Made by a program: the position numbers and the translations under genes
The notes under the pieces: model-generated
Databases searched by the model: none
Told to the model about the DNA's origin: nothing
Seen by the model: the letters and a program-made list of their open reading frames with translations, nothing else
Assembly: GCA_963727485.1 (NCBI GenBank)
Contig: CAVSGM010000003.1
Coordinates: 576,001 to 640,000, forward strand
Direction: 5' to 3'
DNA length: 64,000 bases
Origin: an uncultured delta proteobacterium
GTDB taxonomy: Bacteria > Myxococcota > Myxococcia > SLRQ01
Part shown: positions 61,253 to 64,000 of the stretch, piece after piece
Numbering within the stretch: the stretch's first letter is position 1
How the letters are laid out: each line of letters starts with the position of its first letter

Positions 61253-62081
61253 ATGGAGTCACACCTGGAAGGACTGTCGGTTGGCCGCTCCCTTTGGCCA
61301 GTCGCTGCGGGCGGTTCCCGGCTGCGGGCGGTCGGGCAATCCCCCAAGGTGGGCGAGGTGGTGGTCTATCGGCTGGGGCAGGGGCTGCGAGCACACCGGG
61401 TGCTGGCGGTGTCACAGGGGAGCCTCCTGGTCCGTGGTGACAACCCCATGGTGCCGCTTGAGCGCGTCTCGGCGGACCAGGTCGTCGGGGTCTGGCAGCC
61501 AGAGGGTCTCCGATCCCGCTTGACCCTCGGGGCCGTCACCGGCGGCGCCATCGGCACCCTGGCGCTGGCGGCCAGCCGCGTGGCGCGTGTCCGCGGCGCG
61601 CGGGCAATGGCGAACCTGGTGCCGAGGGCGGCCCCCGGCGGGCTCCACGTGGTGGTCGCCACCGAGGACCCCAGCCAGCTGGCCGTGAGCCTCGGTGAGG
61701 TGGGGCTGCTGCGTCCGTTTCGAACGACTGTCGAGGTTCAGTTCGCGTTGCTGACCGGGACGGGCTTCGCGGTGCTGGCTCGGGCCGAGCAGGGCACGGT
61801 AGCGGCACTCCGCGCGCTGCCTCAGGCAGATGCGCTGCTCCTGGGTATCACCGTGAAGCGCCGCTACCGCGGCCAGGGGCTCGGACGCCGGCTCCTCGAC
61901 GCCGCGCTCGCCGAGGCCCGCCGCCGCGAGAGCCCGCAGCCTCCTCGCCGACATCCGCCGCGACAACACCGCCAGCCTCCGCCTCTTCCAGGGCGCCGGG
62001 TTCACGCGCGTCGCCGAGGCCGTCCTGGTGGCCCCGGGCGACGGCGTGCTCTTCGACCGGTACGCTCTCGACCTCGGATGA
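61253..62081 (+). CDS. S24/S26 family peptidase fused to GNAT acetyltransferase; frameshift near 61934
   Basis: GRSLWP, GEVVVY, AHRV, RGDN; then V.RRYRGQGLGRRLL and, after a one-base shift, DNTASLRLFQGAGF...ALDLG*. Confidence 0.75.
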
Positions 62082-62142
62082 CGAGGCGACCGGCGGCCCG
62101 GCGCGCACCACCACCCGGCACCCGGCCCGCACCTGGGTTACA

Positions 62143-63123
62143 GTGGTCCCCGTGCAACCCGCCGCCCAGCCCCAGTCCTCCGATCCGGTCCTCTTCGCCC
62201 GGCGGATGCGCGAGAACATCGCCCGCGCCGTGGTGGGCAAGGACGACGCGGTGGACACCTGCCTCGCCGCCCTGGTGGCCGGGGGGCACATCCTCCTGGA
62301 GGACGTGCCCGGGGTCGGGAAGACCACCCTGGGGCGGGCCGTCGCCGCGAGCCTCGGGGTCAGCTTCGCCCGGGTGCAGTTCACCAGCGACCTGCTCCCG
62401 AGCGACATCGTGGGCAGCGCCATCCCCGACCGGCGGGCCGGGGCGACCCCGGGGCAGCTGGTGTTCCAACAGGGGCCGATCTTCGCCAACGTGGTCCTCG
62501 CCGATGAGCTCAACCGCACCACGCCCCGCACCCAGTCGAGCCTCCTGGAGGCCATGGCCGACGGGAAGGTCACCGTCGACGGGGTGACCCACCCGCTGCC
62601 GTCGCCGTTCCTGGTCATCGCCACCCAGAACCCCCTGGAGCACCACGGGACCTACCCGCTCCCCGAGTCGCAGCTCGACCGGTTCGCCGTGCGCCTGACC
62701 CTCGGCTACCCGGCGCAGGCCGAGGAGCGGCGGCTGCTCCTCGGGCGGGGGCTCGAGGAGCCGGTGGACGCCCTCACCCAGGTGGCCTCCGCCGACGACG
62801 TGGTGCGCCTCCAGGAGGCCGCCACCTCGGTGCGCGTCGATCCCAGCGTCGCCGACTACGCGCTCGCCGTCGTCGCCGCCACCCGGCAGAGCGATCAGCT
62901 CGCCGCCGGCGCCTCCACCCGCGCCGCCCTCGGCCTCATGGCCCTGGCGCGGGCCCGGGCGCTGCTCCAGGGACGCGACTTCGTCAGCCCCGACGACGTC
63001 AAGCGCCTCGCCCGGCCGGCCCTGGCCCACCGCCTGGTGCCCCTCTCCGGCGTCGATCCCAGCCGCGCCGAGACCGCCGCCATCCTCGACGAGATCCTCG
63101 GGCGCGTCCCCGTCCCCGAGTGA
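62143..63123 (+). CDS. moxR: MoxR family AAA+ ATPase
   Basis: LLEDVPGVGKTT, RVQFTSDLLPSD, ADELNR..P.TQS.LLE, ATQNP, LPESQLDRF. Confidence 0.95.
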   Translation: MVPVQPAAQPQSSDPVLFARRMRENIARAVVGKDDAVDTCLAALVAGGHILLEDVPGVGKTTLGRAVAASLGVSFARVQFTSDLLPSDIVGSAIPDRRAGATPGQLVFQQGPIFANVVLADELNRTTPRTQSSLLEAMADGKVTVDGVTHPLPSPFLVIATQNPLEHHGTYPLPESQLDRFAVRLTLGYPAQAEERRLLLGRGLEEPVDALTQVASADDVVRLQEAATSVRVDPSVADYALAVVAATRQSDQLAAGASTRAALGLMALARARALLQGRDFVSPDDVKRLARPALAHRLVPLSGVDPSRAETAAILDEILGRVPVPE

Positions 63124-64000
63124 GAAGCCGGACCGTGGAGGCGACGCGGGACCGAGGCCGGCGGGGCGGCGCCACCGGGCGACAGACGCGACGGCGCTTC
63201 GGCCGCATGCCCCGTACCCTCAAGGTGACCCGCGAGGGCCGGTACTACCTCGCCATCACCCTGGGCATCGGCTTCGCCGCCACCAACACCGGCAACAACC
63301 TGCTCTTCCTCACCCTGGGGATGCTGCTGGCGCTGATCATCCTCTCGGGGCTCCTCTCCGAGGCGGCGCTCCGGCGCCTCGAGGTCGTGCGGGTGCTGCC
63401 TCACGAGGCCCGGGCCGGCGAGCCCGTGCTCGCGGGGATCCGCATCGCCAACGGAAACCGGATGCTCCCCGCCATCGGCCTCGCCGTGGACGAGGTGGAC
63501 CCGGAGAACACCGAGAGCCACCCCGGCCGCCTCTTCCGGATCGCCGCCGGGGGCAACGCCCGCATCGACCTGCGCCTCGTGCCCACCCGCCGCGGTGAGG
63601 TCCACCTCCGCGCCGTCCGCGTCACCACCGCCTACCCCTTCGGGATCTTCGCCAAGACCCGGGAGTTTCCCCTGCCCGGGCGCTTCGTCGCCTGGCCCGG
63701 GCGCACCGAGGTCCACGTCGCCGGCGCCCGCGAGGGCCGGGGCGACGCCGGCCTCGCCCGGGTCTCCCGCGGCGGCGGCGAGGACTTCCACGGCCTCCGG
63801 GAGTTCCGTGAGGGCGACGAGGCCCGGCACATCCACTGGCGCAGCTCCCTTCGCCAGGAGCAGCTCATGGTCGCCGAGCGCGAGGCCCTCCAGGGACGCC
63901 GGGTCACCGTGACCCTGACCCCGGCCGCCGGCGCCGCCTTCGAGCAGGCCGTCCGCGAGGCCGCCGCCCGCGCCGAGGTCCACCTGGCCCGGGGCGACGA
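63120..64000 (+). CDS. DUF58 domain protein (partial, runs off the window)
   Basis: GTGA overlap with moxR; AATNTGNNLLF, YPFGIF, GEDFHGLREFREGDEARHIHWRSS. Confidence 0.88.
   Translation, partial: MRSRTVEATRDRGRRGGATGRQTRRRFGRMPRTLKVTREGRYYLAITLGIGFAATNTGNNLLFLTLGMLLALIILSGLLSEAALRRLEVVRVLPHEARAGEPVLAGIRIANGNRMLPAIGLAVDEVDPENTESHPGRLFRIAAGGNARIDLRLVPTRRGEVHLRAVRVTTAYPFGIFAKTREFPLPGRFVAWPGRTEVHVAGAREGRGDAGLARVSRGGGEDFHGLREFREGDEARHIHWRSSLRQEQLMVAEREALQGRRVTVTLTPAAGAAFEQAVREAAARAEVHLARGD

Noticed and set aside
57900..61860. Prophage, IS or integrative element explaining the GC drop
   Set aside because: No integrase, transposase, terminal repeats or tRNA target visible.
51805..62081. Canonical lasso peptide or PQQ biosynthesis cluster
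   Set aside because: No asparagine-synthetase-like cyclase, no transglutaminase-like B2 protease, no Asp/Glu in the core, and no pqqABCE or radical SAM gene in the window.
62143..64000. moxR-DUF58 as part of the peptide system
   Set aside because: A widespread stand-alone operon with host-like codon usage; nothing beyond adjacency links it.

Overview
Very GC-rich (mostly >70%) bacterial DNA, most likely from a Myxococcota/Deltaproteobacteria genome. Supporting markers are a TIGR04551-type outer-membrane protein, a giant AgmK-like TPR protein and myxobacterial-type lipoproteins. About 50 CDS are present. Housekeeping and metabolic genes include hinT, nirK, GH15, trmI, an S9 peptidase, acyl-CoA dehydrogenases with etfBA, rluA, degP, an OPT transporter, argH-lptM-lysA-dapA-dapB-FAH-folK, kdsD, transaldolase and moxR-DUF58. 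At least 7 genes carry single-base frameshifts, most likely long-read indel errors. I saw no rRNA, tRNA, CRISPR array or transposase. The standout region is 51.8-62.1 kb. It holds a stand-alone PqqD/RRE gene and a 2315-aa Ig-repeat + FN3 + 7-bladed FG-GAP surface lipoprotein. These are followed by a 53-aa ORF missing from the ORF track with a lasso-type leader (YxxPxV ... T-x|G) but no ring Asp/Glu, an HPr-kinase-like gene, a sulfotransferase-like gene and an S24/S26 peptidase-GNAT fusion. The propeller tip, the peptide and most enzymes sit on a lower-GC segment whose two boundaries fall inside genes. I infer a candidate cyclase-free, radical-SAM-free RiPP-like system coupled to a swappable integrin-like surface domain.
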